Part shown: piece by piece, positions 1 through 14,400 of the stretch
How positions within the stretch are numbered: position 1 is the first letter of the stretch
Layout: every line of letters starts with the position of its first letter
Assembly (NCBI RefSeq): GCF_006345805.1
Contig: NC_043020.1
Span: forward strand, 23,374,001-23,438,000
DNA length: 64,000 nt
Reading direction: 5' to 3'
DNA from: Octopus sinensis
Lineage: Eukaryota
The notes under the pieces: model-generated
The model's database searches: none
Seen by the model: only the letters and a program-made list of their open reading frames with translations
What the model was told of the DNA's origin: nothing
Translations under genes and position numbers: made by a program

Positions 1-165
1 TTTGAAAAACTTCTGAATTTAAGTATTGTTATTTTTCACACAAAAGAAACTTAATATTCATAGAACCTAATACGATACTTTCCATCTTTTCACGTAGGAA
101 TGGAAAAAAAGTATTTCTTAAAAAGAATATATAGAAACATTATTTACATATATAAATAAAAAGCC

Positions 166-264
<99 letters not shown>

Positions 265-345
265 CACACACACACACCACACACACACACACACAAACAC
301 ACACATACACACACACACAAACAAACACACACATATACGTATATA
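166..345. repeat. (CA)n microsatellite
   Basis: Long CA run; source of the poly-VC ORFs. Confidence 0.98.
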
Positions 346-359
346 CTTATGTATATATC

Positions 360-545
360 GGCTTCAGGTTTTGGCACAATGCCAGCAATTTGGTGGGAGG
401 CGATCGGTCGTTTATATAGACCCCAGTGTTCAACTGGTACTTTATTTTACTGAACCCTAATGAATCAAAGACTAAAGTCAACATCGGCAGAATTTGCTAA
501 GAACTCTGCCCGTCGTGCTACGACTCTGCCAGCTCGCTACCTTAA
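360..545 (-). mobile_element. tRNA-derived SINE with Meta-type central domain, diverged
   Basis: Reverse complement resembles the copies at 6850 and 63645 (ggcagagtcg..., ...aagtaccagttgaacactggggtc). Confidence 0.65.
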
Positions 546-733
546 GAAGAAAATTATTTGAGCTTTCAGGACCTTATCTTGGAAAAATCAGAAAAGCATC
601 AAAATAAATATATTAATACTCTCTTAATCTTAACCATGATACAGTTATCAAATCATTTTCTTTTTTTAGTGTTTTTAATATAAATTTACTGGTCTGAAAC
701 CGCTAAAGGATTTTTCGACATATGTATTACTCT

Positions 734-990
734 TTTAATTTGTTTCAGTCATTTGACTGTGGCCATGCTGGAGCACCGCCTTTAGTCGAACAAATCGACC
801 CCAGGACTTATTCTTTGTAAGCCTAGTACTTATGGTATCATTTTCTTTTGCCGAACCGCTAAGTTACGGGGACGTAAACACACCAGCATCGTTGTCAAGC
901 GATGTTGGCGGGACAAACACAGACACACAAACATATACACACACAACATATATATATATATATACATATATACGACGGGCTTCTTTCATT
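734..990 (-). mobile_element. SINE family A (ggcgcaggagtggctgtgtgg... family), 3' part
   Basis: tgtttcagtcatttgactgtggccatgctggagcaccgcctttagtcga... is shared with many other copies in the window. Confidence 0.9.
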
Positions 991-1049
991 ATATATAATA
1001 TATATAAATGTGTGTGTATATTTATAAGAATGTATCATATATGTGTGCG

Positions 1050-2720
<1,671 letters not shown>

Positions 2721-3264
2721 AAGAATTTGAATAACACCTGCGTATAACTCCATTTATTTATTTATTTATTAATTTATTTATTTATATTTCAATTATATAC
2801 ATATATATATATATATATATTTCACTTATTCATATATACATGCTTACAAATGTGTGTGTGTGAAGTTAATTGCGCTTTTATAAATAGGATATTTTGAACG
2901 CCCGTAGGCTGTGGATTTCTCTATCGCCGGAGCATGTTTCTAGGCCTTTTGGGGCAACAGTTTTTGAAACAGGTTTTGCTCTTGCAACAAAGCCATCTTT
3001 TTCAAAGATAATATATGACTACATTTTACAACCTGCTTTCTTTGCGATGCAATTGTTTGATCTGAAATCCGGCTGCTGTTTCTAGCAGCTCGGATGACCG
3101 TATAACAATGTATAGATGTCTGTTTATTTACACAGTCACTGCATCTAAAGTTCCTTATTCATTGCCCGTTAACCGCCCACTTTCACTTTCGGTATGTCAT
3201 ATCATATTAACAACACGGAATTCATTACTTGTATCCTTAAACTAAATTCAATTATACAAACTAA

Positions 3265-3462
3265 CCCTTTTGACGACGAACAACCTAAGACCGCTCCTTA
3301 CTGTTTTAAAGTAATTCAAACTAAAATCATTCAACAAAATTTTTGCTAATTTCTATTGCAAATATTAGCTTAATAATTACAGTTATTTTATTAAAGTTTT
3401 CGCTATTTCCAAACTTAATTGAAACGGAGACAGATTTTCAACAAAATATGAGAAATAAAGGG
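3265..3462. mobile_element. piggyBac-like MITE
   Basis: CTAA|CCCTTT ... AAAGGG|TTAA termini, about 200 bp, non-coding. Confidence 0.45.
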
Positions 3463-4459
3463 TTAAAAACATTGCTAAAAATGTAATTAAGAACATGGAA
3501 GCAGAATCTCGTGCATAATGAACTTTATACGGATATACCTTGCTACATGAATTATCAGAATGAGACGACTTGACGCGGCTGTTTGGCCTCTGAGAACCTG
3601 GCACGGCTTAAGAAGGAATTACAACCGTGTTTCGTGATCTGCTACCACAACAGCTCCTTTATAGGATCCAATTAGCTCAAGACATCATCAGGAGGAACCA
3701 AGTCCGGTTTCGGCCCCTACTCCTCTGCCGTTTTGACGTGGCGCCCCCCACCTCCTTCAGCTCTGGTGGGTGCATGTCTTCTTTCTTCTTCCTTCTTCTG
3801 CTCCCTGGCCTCTTCGATGTATCGTCAGCGAGTGTCAGCTGGTGACTGACTGACTTGTCAAATTTTTCCCTTTAAATACCTGCCGCGAGGCTCCAGCACT
3901 CAGCCTCAGCAGCTATTCCAATTAGTTTGGCAACATTACTTTTTGGAGCTGGGGGGCTAACATATGGATACACACACACACGGACGAATGTGCAGAAATG
4001 CACTCGAGAGAAAAATAGAGAGTGGGGAGGAAAGAGGGGAAGTGCAATACGTTAATTGAATACGATTGAAATATTTTCTTTATCCACTTCTCGTAAGAAA
4101 GAGGGTAGAGTGGGGAAAATGAGAGAAATGTTAAAACAAGAGAAACCCCTTCGTTTCGTTACCATATTTTGCCGATATACATTGGCTTTATCTTAATTAA
4201 TTTTCAAAATAATGAATTAAGTAAAACAATTTTTATCATTATTAAGCTACAGTTTGGAACATTAATTAACATGAAAATTTCAGGGCATTTTAATTTAAAT
4301 TACTTTAAAAGAGAAAATTTGAATTATGGAATGAAGGGCGGTCTCACGCGCGGGTTGGTGCCTAAGGTGTTAGAATGTGTGACGTAAGATAATAAGGTAA
4401 CTCAAAGTTACTGTGTCAAAATTTTACCCATAAATGCTACCCTGGTACTCTATAGATTT

Positions 4460-4800
4460 AAAGAAAAGATCACACACCTTCATATCCTAGTGTAGTATAA
4501 GATGTTGTGATGCCACTAGCGATAACATACTCCACATTCCTTAGAAACGACAATTCAATTTTCTAGGAAAACATTACGAAATTCTCCTACCCAACAACCT
4601 CGAGTTTTGCACCAAAGTCCCCATATCTACAATCAACAAGTACCTAACACACTGATCGAATAGAAATGCATAGGATCCCATAGCCAGTATACATTCAAAG
4701 AGAAGCAGAAATTTTAATCAAGGAAAATAGGACACCCAAAAGGGCTCCCGAACCTCTGTGTCGGTAGAGTTTATATTCGGAACACAAGCTTTAACCTAAG
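4460..4800 (+). mobile_element. Highly degenerate PLE-like RT fragment
   Basis: DATS..IP-like and G.P.AP-like remnants broken by stops and shifts; weak. Confidence 0.3.
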
Positions 4801-4812
4801 CCTAAGCCAACC

Positions 4813-4879
<67 letters not shown>

Positions 4880-4941
4880 GAATATATATATACATATATA
4901 CATACATATATATATATATATTGAGATATATATATATATAT

Positions 4942-5239
4942 ATCACGTGATCACGTGACCGACCAGACTATCAGATGCTGTTACACATCGGTGGTCACAA
5001 TGCTTTCCCATTGTTTTAGCCTTCGTATGACGCCACTAAGCGATCAGGCTAACAGTAGAAAAAGTGGGAGAAAGAGGGGCAAAAGAGTACAGCAGGGATC
5101 GCCACCATCCCCTGCTGGAGCATCGTGGAGCTTTAGGTGTTTTTGCTCAATAAACACTCACAACGCCCAGTCTGGGAATCGAAACCGTGATCCTACGACC
5201 GCAAGTCCGCTGCCTTAACCATTGGACCATTGCACCTCC
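4942..5239 (-). mobile_element. tRNA-derived SINE family C (gaggcgcaatggcccagtgg... head)
   Basis: tRNA-like head with A and B boxes on the minus strand; tail atcacgtgatcacgtgacc; related to 24563-24864. Confidence 0.9.
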
Positions 5240-5471
5240 ATATATATTTGAATTATGGAATGAAGGGCGGTCTCACGCGCGGGTTGGTGCCTAAGGTGTT
5301 AGAATGTGTGACGTAAGATAATAAGGTAACTCAAAGTTGCTGTGTCAAAATTTTACCCATAAATGCTACCCTGCACTGGTTATCATTGAACCTGAACGTG
5401 TTTGCGAAGCGAACGTCTTGGCCTCACTGACATATTTTACATATGATATATATATATTATATATATATATA

Positions 5472-5517
<46 letters not shown>

Positions 5518-5877
5518 AGTTAGATAGATATATATAGAGAGATAGACCATATTATATTACATAAGTTATATAATGATAAATTTTGTTTGTTTAACAACAC
5601 ACAGACAACTGACACAACACTCACAGGTTTAATTTATTACTTTCCATGTAGCGCAGATATTTACATCAATTCAATTATATTATATTAAGTAAACGCATTA
5701 TATCACATGTTATATTAATATATATCATTTTTACTTAGTAGATCTATCAATCTTAGACATTTAATACGATTAACTTTTGTTTATATATATATATATCTAT
5801 ATCTCTATTTATTTACTCACATATATATATGTGCATATATACACATACAATCTATATATATTTAATATATATATATA

Positions 5878-6150
5878 TGCTATAGCCCCGGGCCGACCAA
5901 TGCCTTGTAAGTGGATTTGGTAGATGGAAACTGAAAGAAGCCTGTCATATATGTATATATATGTATGTGTGTGTGTGTGTGTGTTTGTGTTTGTCCCCCT
6001 AGCATTGCTTGACAACCGATGCTGGTGTGCTTATGTCCCCGTTACTTGGCGGTTCGGCAAAAGAGACCGATAGAATAAGTACTAAAGGCGGTGCCCCAGC
6101 ATGGCCGCAGTCAAATGACTGAAACAAGTAAAAGAGTAAAGAGTAAAGAG
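5878..6150 (+). mobile_element. SINE family A, 5'-truncated
   Basis: gctatagccccgggccgacc...gactgaaacaagtaaaagagtaaa tail. Confidence 0.9.
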
Positions 6151-6197
6151 TAAATATATATATATATATATATATAATAATATATATATGTATATAT

Positions 6198-6231
<34 letters not shown>

Positions 6232-6849
6232 CATATATGAATAAATATATATATATACATATATACATACATATGTGTGTGTATATATGCAAATGTGTAT
6301 GTATCCCTTGACGTTTGCATGTATGTATGTATGTTTGCCCTCCTTATGCATCTGTAGGAGAAAGTAGGTTCGAAACGGCAAAGACTTCCATTATTCCTCA
6401 GCGTCAAAGTAATTCGTCTTGTTTGTTGCTGTTAACCCTGTGATTTACTTTGTTTATTTTGAACAGTTTTGAACTATACATAAATACGTTCATACATACA
6501 TGACTGTATGTATGCTTGTATGTTTGTATGTATATGGGCATGAGCACACTTCGTTACTCATCGTTCCAATCTAGTGAGCTGTAATGTGTGTCAACCAAGT
6601 TATTGGTGAAATGTCTCTGTCCCTTCATCTCTCACATTCAGAATCTGCCGCAGCGTGCATACTCTGAAAATCGTGAGGTTTCCCATACCTGTGACTATTC
6701 ATGCATGTAAAACACATTTAAACAAAACTCGGCACATGCATCCTATTGATATTCATTCGTCAGTGGCAGCTGGCTCAGTGCTTGCATTACTTCCCGGTTA
6801 TTTTGCAGGTTTGGTGCCTGCATACACAGTCAGTCAATTACTTTGTTAA

Positions 6850-7085
6850 AGACGCCAATGATGGCAGAAACGTTAGCACGCCGGGCGAAATGCGTAGCCG
6901 TATTTCGTCTGTCGTTACGTTCTGAGTTCGAATTCCGCCGTGGTCGACTTTGCCTTTCATCCTTCCGGGCTCGATAAATTAAGTACCAGTTACACACTGG
7001 GGTCCATGTAATTGACTTAATACCTATGTCTGTCCTTGTTTGTCCCCTCTATGTTTAGCCCCTTGCGGGTAATAAAGAAATAGGT
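6850..7085 (+). mobile_element. tRNA-derived SINE with Meta-type domain
   Basis: ggcagaaacgttagcacgccgggcg...gcctttcatccttccgggctcgataaattaagtaccag. Confidence 0.85.
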
Positions 7086-7089
7086 AGTA

Positions 7090-7480
7090 TCATACGCTGA
7101 CAACTGCTTGTGAAGTTAAGAGTTTCATGTAATAGGAGTGGAGGAGCTGCACTCTATTGTTCAGAGTTTGTAACCAAATTTCAGTATCAAATACAGGGAG
7201 TCTATTGCTAGGGAGCTTAGTGGGGTAATCTTTAGCTTGATTCTTTGCTGGATGGAGTTAGCTATTTGCTGGATGCTCTCGATTACGTTCCTCTCAGTAT
7301 CTACATTACAGTCACTAGACTTGGTCTTAACTATGATATTAATGTCATCTAAATATCTACTGTAGAGTATAAGAGTAGTGAACAGTTCTGCAAACATTTG
7401 TTTAAGTTTTCTGTTCCACCAGGTCATGAAGACGCCAGCCACGTCTCCAGCTACACCCACACCGATGGCTGTACCTTGAT
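7090..7480 (-). mobile_element. PLE-like reverse transcriptase fragment
   Basis: ORF 7161-7460: MGVAGDVAGVFMTWWNRKL...YSRYLDDINII has the RT catalytic YLDD motif. Confidence 0.65.
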
Positions 7481-7677
7481 CCTACAGGTATAGTTTTTGA
7501 GACATGTGCTATTTTGTCTCATTATTCTATGCTATATATATATATATATATATATATATAATGGTTTAGCAACAAGTTGCTTCACCACATACCGCAAATT
7601 TAGAAATAGCAGCCAAAAGACAGCTAATTCTTTTAACTACAAATATGATTCCACAGACAACAATATTTGTAACTCAG

Positions 7678-7719
<42 letters not shown>

Positions 7720-7865
7720 TTCATAAATGAGGACAAAGGAAAAAATTTCTAATGCCAAGTATACCGAAAAATTGGACATATTGTCCATTAACCATATAAT
7801 TTTTTCACAATACGCATGCTACTCGAAAAAAGGGTCGACAGAAATTTCTAAAAAATTCCATTATT

Positions 7866-7921
7866 ACCATATCGGACCGATTTCAGAGTTAGCTACTAAG
7901 AGCCCTCTCTTCGTCAGTGAT
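7866..7921 (-). ncRNA. Type I hammerhead ribozyme motif, intact core
   Basis: Minus strand: ATCA-CTGACGA-AGAG ag GGCT cttagt AGCT aa CTCT-GAAA-TCGGTCCGA-TA-TGGT; AUA cleavage triplet. Confidence 0.85.
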
Positions 7922-8004
7922 ACATGTGGCAAAAGAAATAAATGAGGTACTTACTCATACCCATGGAAGAAGCAAATACTAAGTCATGGGCACAACTAAG
8001 TACC

Positions 8005-8058
8005 CCACTGACGAAGAGAGGGCTCTTAGTAGCTAACTCTGAAATCGGTCCGATATGG
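8005..8058 (+). ncRNA. Type I hammerhead ribozyme motif, intact core
   Basis: CCA-CTGACGA(8008)-AGAG...CTCT-GAAA(8041)-TCGGTCCGA-TA-TGG; predicted cleavage after 8055. Confidence 0.85.
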
Positions 8059-8508
8059 TAATAATGGAATTTTTTAGAAATTTCTGTAGACACTTTTTTC
8101 GAGTAGCATGCGTATTGTGAAAAAATTATATGGTTAATGGACAATATGTCCAATTTTTCGGCATATTTGGCATTAGAAATTTTTTCCTTTGCCCTCATTT
8201 ATGAATTGTTTATAAATTTAATCGTTAAAGGTATTTTTTAATATGCTGGCCATTGATAAAACTTTTTTTCGAGAAAATATTTTTGTTTTGGAAAAGAATT
8301 TTATCCTCACATTTGATATAAATTTAAGCGTTCACTTCCGAACTAACTAACTCACTCTGTGAGAGCCTCAGTTCAAATCGCACGTGCCTCGAATGGGCAC
8401 GTATTTCTATTTTGGATGTATTTAGGGTACTTAGTTGTGTCCATGACTTAGTATTTGCTTCTTCCATGGGTATGAGTAAGTATCTCATTTATTTCTTTTG
8501 CCACATGT

Positions 8509-8564
8509 ATCACTGACGAAGAGAGGGCTCTTAGTAGCTAACTCTGGAATCGGTCCGATATGGT
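8509..8564 (+). ncRNA. Type I hammerhead motif with A13 to G core change
   Basis: Same as the 8005 copy but GGAA (8546-8549) replaces GAAA. Confidence 0.7.
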
Positions 8565-8824
8565 AATAATGGAATTTTTTAGAAATTTCTGTAGACCCTT
8601 TTTTCAAGTAGCATGCGTATTGTGAAAAAATTATATGGTTAATGGACAATATGTCCAATTTTTCGGCATATTTGGCATTAGAAATTTTTTCCTTTGCCCT
8701 TATTTATGAATTGTTTATAAATTTAACCGTTAAAGGTATTTTTTAATATGCTAGCCATTGATAACATTTTTTTTCGAGAAAATATTTTTGTTTTGGAAGA
8801 GAATTTTATCCTCACATTTGACAT

Positions 8825-10010
8825 ATATATATATATATATTGGTAAAACGGTAAGATAACAAAAGAAAGAAAGAGACCTCAATATTATGTAAATAGAGGA
8901 AATTTATCTATACAATAATATGTTACATTACTCGATAGTCAAGATAAAACTCTGAGTTTCAGATACCGAAGTGGGAATCCACGAAATCTCTTCGGTTATC
9001 TGGCTATTTCAAAACGCTATGAAAAAATACCGTTATTCAAAGGGAAATTACTGTGTTAAAACTCTGCTTGCCTGCGTACTTATACATCGCTCGCATTTTT
9101 CGCCATAAAAATTATATAAAAATACATAAAAAATATATAAAAATATATAAAAATATATAAAATGTATGATAGAAGGTGTGATGAGGTAAAAAAACCTTCT
9201 TGGGACATAACATAGAAAGCATGTTCTATCTGTTTTCTTTGGGGGACCAAAAACGTAACAGAAATTTAGTCACATATGGGCATCATCCGAAAAGTTCTGT
9301 CCTTGTGTTTAGACATGTAGTAGGGTCTAAGCTGCTTTTCCAGATAAGCCATCTCTCCATGTCGCATAGACCGCACCTTCCGCTGCCGTTGGTATAGGGC
9401 TTACATCTGGCCAAAATCTTCCAATGTATGTTATAATCGACACCTTTATCTCTTAAAGACCAAAAATGATTAGATAATTGTGTCGCTTTTCTTTTGTTCC
9501 AGTGCCTAAAGCTCAAAGTGTGGTTATTGAACCTGGCCTTGAAGTTACCCTCTGTAAGGCCCACGTATTTCTTCGTCGAAACGGTGTCTTTAGTGGTTAT
9601 AGAGTCTACGGTAGCTTCATACATGATGGTCTTGTACATGCAAGCTCCATTTAGCGGGCACAATTCTTTATTCCTGCATGAACAGCTGTTTTCTTGTTGT
9701 GTTTTTTTGTATGTTATGTTTGATTATGTTTTTAAAATTGGTAGTGGAACTAAAACTAATTTTTAAATTGTGTCTATTGAAGTGTTTCCTATAAGTATGG
9801 TTAACTGGAAAATGTCCATCTATCAGTGCTAGGAAATATTTACCTATATTGAAGGCCACCTCGGGTGAGTAAGGGGGCGTAAACCAGATGACCTTCCTAT
9901 TTCTATTATTCCTTTTCCTTACTGTTGGGCTAGTAATGGGTGTATATTTTATTTTTTCGCTAAAACCACTATCTTGACTATCGAGTAATGTAACATATTA
10001 TTGTATAGAT
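8825..10010 (-). mobile_element. 5'-truncated Penelope-like element (Neptune-type): RT thumb, Cys-rich linker, GIY-YIG endonuclease, 3' pLTR, inverted tail copy
   Basis: RNRKVIWFTPPYSPEVAFNIGKYFLALIDGHFP; CSCRNKELCPLNGAC; KKYVGLTEGNFKARFNNHTLSFRH; CGLCDMER; LNTRTELFG (ORFs 9668-9859 and 9283-9663, frameshifted). 9970-10010 is an inverted copy of 8906-8946. Confidence 0.9.
8943..9000 (-). ncRNA. Degenerate type I hammerhead in the PLE 3' pLTR (U4 to C)
   Basis: GATAA-CCGAAGA-GAT...GTGG attc CCAC...ATC t-GAAAC-TCAGA-GTT-TTATC; stem III palindrome AACTC-A-GAGTT. Confidence 0.6.
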
Positions 10011-10139
10011 ATATATATATAAATACATATAAATACATATAAAATTTATCGTTATCCGGGTTTTTTATGCACTAAGCCACTTGGTGTTAAATGGATGTAC
10101 TATTAAATTAGTATCCAATTTTCTCCCCCTTATTAGTTG

Positions 10140-10196
<57 letters not shown>

Positions 10197-10386
10197 CTTA
10201 CTTGGAAAAAGATGCGTGGCGTTCGATAGAAAAAAGTTCGTTTCTATGTTTTTGTTTTTATGTTTTCGCTTCTCATTTTGTTCCACGTTTCTTTATGTCC
10301 TGTACCCATATATGCATGTATATATACATATATATGTAGGTATGTACATATATGTATGTATATATGCATATTTATATATTATTTAT

Positions 10387-10429
<43 letters not shown>

Positions 10430-11014
10430 CCCATGCCGCATTCCTTCTTTGCTGTATACATCCTGTTTCTTTCCCCTTCCAATTATGTACCAACCAAAAT
10501 GATTTTCTGCAGATATTCCTAATTGGATGAATTTACAGCACACAAGGTTTCTATTTTATTATCACACTCGTAAGATTGAAGACCTCAGTAAATGCGAGAT
10601 AAAAATCTCAAATAATGTCCACGGTTACAATAAGAATCAATGTCAAACGTGTATTTATGGGAAATAACGATACATCATAAAATTTAATACAGCTGCCTAG
10701 ATAACGATCAACTTGGAACACAAAGCTGAGCTTAACAAGACTTCCTATACATATTACGACCTATAGCGCTGTAAAAATAATCTTTATACACAAACGCAGG
10801 GAATCTTACGCATTTGCAATCCGTAGTAAATAATTAACTAAAAGTTATTTATCATCTTCCATAATAGTCCGAATACCTGGAGCTAATATGAGATAGGTTA
10901 AATAAAAGAGATTGAAGTAAGAAAGGAAACAATCACTTCTGTAAAGTTGAATATTTGAAGTAATATACGTGCTTCCTGTACTTATAATTATGTAGGTATG
11001 TATGTATGAAAATG

Positions 11015-11086
<72 letters not shown>

Positions 11087-11094
11087 ATATATAT

Positions 11095-11243
11095 ATTATT
11101 GGTGATTGAAGAAATGGAGCTGAACGCAGATTGAACAGAAATCGTTTTATTTCATTCTACACGTGTTTCGAAAGGCCAAATTACCAAAATCCGATTTCTG
11201 TTCAATCTGCGTTCCCGCTCCATTTCTTCAATTCACCAATAAT
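11095..11243. repeat. Fold-back (arms 11095-11144 and 11192-11243) enclosing the 3' half of a hammerhead
   Basis: About 50-bp inverted arms; between them the minus strand reads ggcctttc-GAAAC-ACGT-GTA-gaatg. Confidence 0.75.
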
Positions 11244-11396
11244 GTTTTAATTTCAATTATCCGCACCAACGCACGGTTGCAACGCCAGATGGTTGTACCT
11301 CCAACCGTGCTGTTTACTGCTGTGATTTTGCTACTAAGGTATCGGTTAAACTTTTGATTAATCTACTACAAGATTATTCATCTTTCTATTTCACAG

Positions 11397-11428
<32 letters not shown>

Positions 11429-11449
11429 ATATATATGTATTTATATATT

Positions 11450-11481
<32 letters not shown>

Positions 11482-11709
11482 ATATAACAAATATATGAGC
11501 ACACAACACACACACCACACACACACAACACACATATATATATAATATATATAATATTATATATATATATATATATATATACCTATATGTATATAGCTAC
11601 GGTATGTATATATTACTTATTTCTAATGAATATATATATATACATGTATACACACATATGCACACACATATCACGTACATACTTACTTACATACATACAT
11701 CATACATAC

Positions 11710-11752
<43 letters not shown>

Positions 11753-11959
11753 CATGTATATATTTACACACACACACACACGCATTGATATCCAAAGTCT
11801 TACACACATGCGCATAGGTATAGATTATAACTATATATGCCAAAAGTTAACGGCATGAAACAGCGATATATTAATATCACACTATGGTGCCGAACCAAAT
11901 CAAAGAAATTGCAAGACATGGATATAAAACGTGGTAGAGTATGCTTTTCACTTCAATAC

Positions 11960-12179
11960 TTGAAATAACAATAGTGATAATAATGATAATAATATTAATA
12001 ATAATAATAATAATGGTAATATTAATAATAATAATAATAACAATAAGAAGAATGATAATAATAATAATATTAATAATAATAATAATAATAACAACAACAA
12101 TAAGAAGAATGATAATAATAGTAATAATAATAATAATAATAATAAAGTAGTAATAATAATAATACTAATAATAATAAAA

Positions 12180-12213
<34 letters not shown>

Positions 12214-12236
12214 TAATAATAATAATGATAATAAAA

Positions 12237-12270
<34 letters not shown>

Positions 12271-12317
12271 TAATAATAATGATAATAATAATAATAATAA
12301 TGATAATAATAATAATG

Positions 12318-12359
<42 letters not shown>

Positions 12360-12375
12360 TAATAATAATAATAAC
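11960..12375. repeat. (AAT)n compound microsatellite
   Basis: Long AAT/GAT/AAC run; source of the poly-I, poly-L and poly-Y ORFs. Confidence 0.98.
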
Positions 12376-12486
12376 ATAGAAGATAAAGTGCCTCAGGTAA
12401 TTCATTGAAGTATATCGTTATCACAATGACACTTCTACTTAGTAGAAATATACAGAGATATGTAAGGGTATATTAGAATATATAAT

Positions 12487-12712
12487 ATTGGGTTATCCGG
12501 AAAATTCGTGCCGATTTATAGTAGCTTACATTTCGATTTATTTTAGAACATGGTTGTGTCCATAAAATAGGATTTGACTACACCTCCATTTAGAGCACAG
12601 ATTAAGCTATCTTTTCGTGGAATAAGATTTATGTTCCTATAATCTGTGTTAATTGTGTAATCCTTTAAAATGGAAAATAAGAAAGTTCATTTTCGGCACT
12701 TGGATCTTTGGG
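12487..12712 (+). mobile_element. Mariner 5' fragment
   Basis: tattgggttatccggaaaattcgtgccgattt TIR-like start and the transposase N-terminus MENKKVHFRH. Confidence 0.65.
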
Positions 12713-12924
12713 AACCAGACAAAAATTGCTGCAGCTCGGCTGGGATGTGTCACCCCACCCTCCATATTCACATGTAATGCACACACATGTATAGACTTAT
12801 ACAACACATACGCATGGACATATCCACACAGAATTCTGTATTCTCAGAAATTGCCTTTACAACTTTCTGGATACCGGTTTTCAGATCATAAGGAAGAATG
12901 GTTCCTAGAACAGATATTTAAATG

Positions 12925-13687
12925 AATTGAACTGAAAATACAAGATTTTTGAATGGATAACATTGTAGGGGCAATGTTTGTTATTGTACGACAATATATT
13001 ATCCAAAATATAAATAAAAATCAAGGAAAATTTCAAATTTAAATATAAGAAGGGACAAGGTGGAGCATACGAAATGGAATTATGCTATACTTTCTGGGCA
13101 AAAGGAAAGCGGCCAACTATTGCGAAATAGTTAACAACATGCTGGAGAACTTTCAAAACTTGGGAGAAAATATGCGCATAAGGCTGCACTATTTCCAAAG
13201 TCACCTTGATAAATTCTCTGAAAATCTCGATGGCACAAATGACAAGCAGGGGGCAATGTTTCTCTCAGGACACAAAATCAATGGGTCAAGAGTATCAAGG
13301 CAGGTGAGACTTGTATATGATGTCGGATTATTGCTGGAACCTGACCCGTGTTCGTCTTCAGGTTCAGTATTCAAGAAAATCATCCAAACGCAAATTCATG
13401 GGAAATTAGGCATAAAGAATAATTTCATTTGACTGAGGAAATTTTAAGACATTTTACTAGTTTTTCAGTAGAATTTAAAGAAAGCATTCTGGTTTTGAAG
13501 AAAAAAAGACAGTTTTTTATGTTACGCCTTGTTCCTGACAAGCTGTTTTATTGGAAAGAAAAAACAATAAAATTCTTTGGATGTAGTATCTTAAAAGCTT
13601 GACATGGTGGTAATAAATGGATGCCATTTACAGATGCTGTAAATCAAAAAAATCCCTAGTTCTGGTCCAAATTATTTGAATAGCAGT
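12925..13687 (+). mobile_element. Chapaev3-like (CMC) DNA transposon 3' remnant
   Basis: NYCEIVNNMLENFQNLGENMRIRLHYFQSHLDKFSENLDG resembles the MSxKxHFLHSHLDxFPxNLGAVS motif; ends in CAGTG. Confidence 0.6.
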
Positions 13688-14084
13688 GAAAAATTTATGT
13701 GTGTGTGTGAGTACCTGTGTCTGTGTGTCTGTGTGCGCGCGTGCATTGTATGTATCCTCCCAAATCGCTACCGCTTGACAAGCGGTGTTATTTTCTTTAC
13801 GAACCAGTGTTTGGACAGACTCCATTACAATGATGTATTACGTATAAAACATTTTGATGGCATTACAAGCGATCTTTTGGGACGCATTACGGACACATTC
13901 AAAAGCAAAATCCATTACTATTCTGGCCAACAAACAAGAAAACATTGAGTTCCACGTTTCAATTCGTACAGAATGCAAGGAACAAGGATTCGAATGTTTT
14001 CCAGTATGGAACATCGTGGATAAAGCCAGTGTGCATTTCAATATATTCAGCATGGTTGAAACAGATAAAAGATAAATGTTATAT

Positions 14085-14270
14085 TCTTTTACTTGTTTCA
14101 GTCATTTGACAGCGGCCATGCTGGAGTACAGCACTGAATGGTTTCACTCGAACAAATCGACACCAAGACTTATATTTTTTAAAGCTTAGTACTTATTCTA
14201 TCGGTCTGTTACGCAGACCAATACCGGCTGTCAGGTGGTGACGGGGGAAAACACAGATAGATATATACAC
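14085..14270 (-). mobile_element. SINE family A fragment
   Basis: ttttacttgtttcagtcatttgacagcggccatgctggag. Confidence 0.8.
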
Positions 14271-14309
14271 ACATAGATATATACATACATATGTATATAC
14301 ATGCTTATA

Positions 14310-14322
14310 TCTAATAATAATG

Positions 14323-14380
<58 letters not shown>

Positions 14381-14400
14381 TAATAATATAAGTAATATAT
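14310..14400. repeat. (AAT)n microsatellite
   Basis: Direct inspection. Confidence 0.95.

Larger units (their letters stand above)
4318..5373. repeat. 127-bp direct duplication (4318-4444 and 5247-5373) flanking an ~800-bp block
   Basis: tttgaattatggaatgaagggcggtctcacgcgcggg...aaatgctaccctg occurs twice with one mismatch. Confidence 0.95.
7716..8821. mobile_element. Non-coding HHR-bearing repeat: inverted partial copy plus ~1.6 tandem 505-nt units (PLE pLTR/retrozyme-like)
   Basis: 7716-8004 is the reverse complement of part of the unit; 8006-8320 repeats at 8511-8821; three HHR motifs; related family at 49935-50510. Confidence 0.85.

Noticed and set aside
3612-3745. Minus-strand CTGATGA...GAAAC-ACGGTT-GTA, with a GAGGA/TCCTC hairpin upstream
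   Set aside because: Core strings are present, but stem I fails in type I topology and the triplet and stem III fail in type III topology; stem II is poor.
7716-8821. Possible CRISPR-like or regularly spaced repeats here, at 36268 and at 46.5-49.7 kb
   Set aside because: No short identical repeats with unique spacers, no cas genes, and the context is eukaryotic.
13854-14075. 73-aa ORF with ordinary composition upstream of IYD
   Set aside because: No recognisable motif or convincing splice context; cannot be supported without a search.
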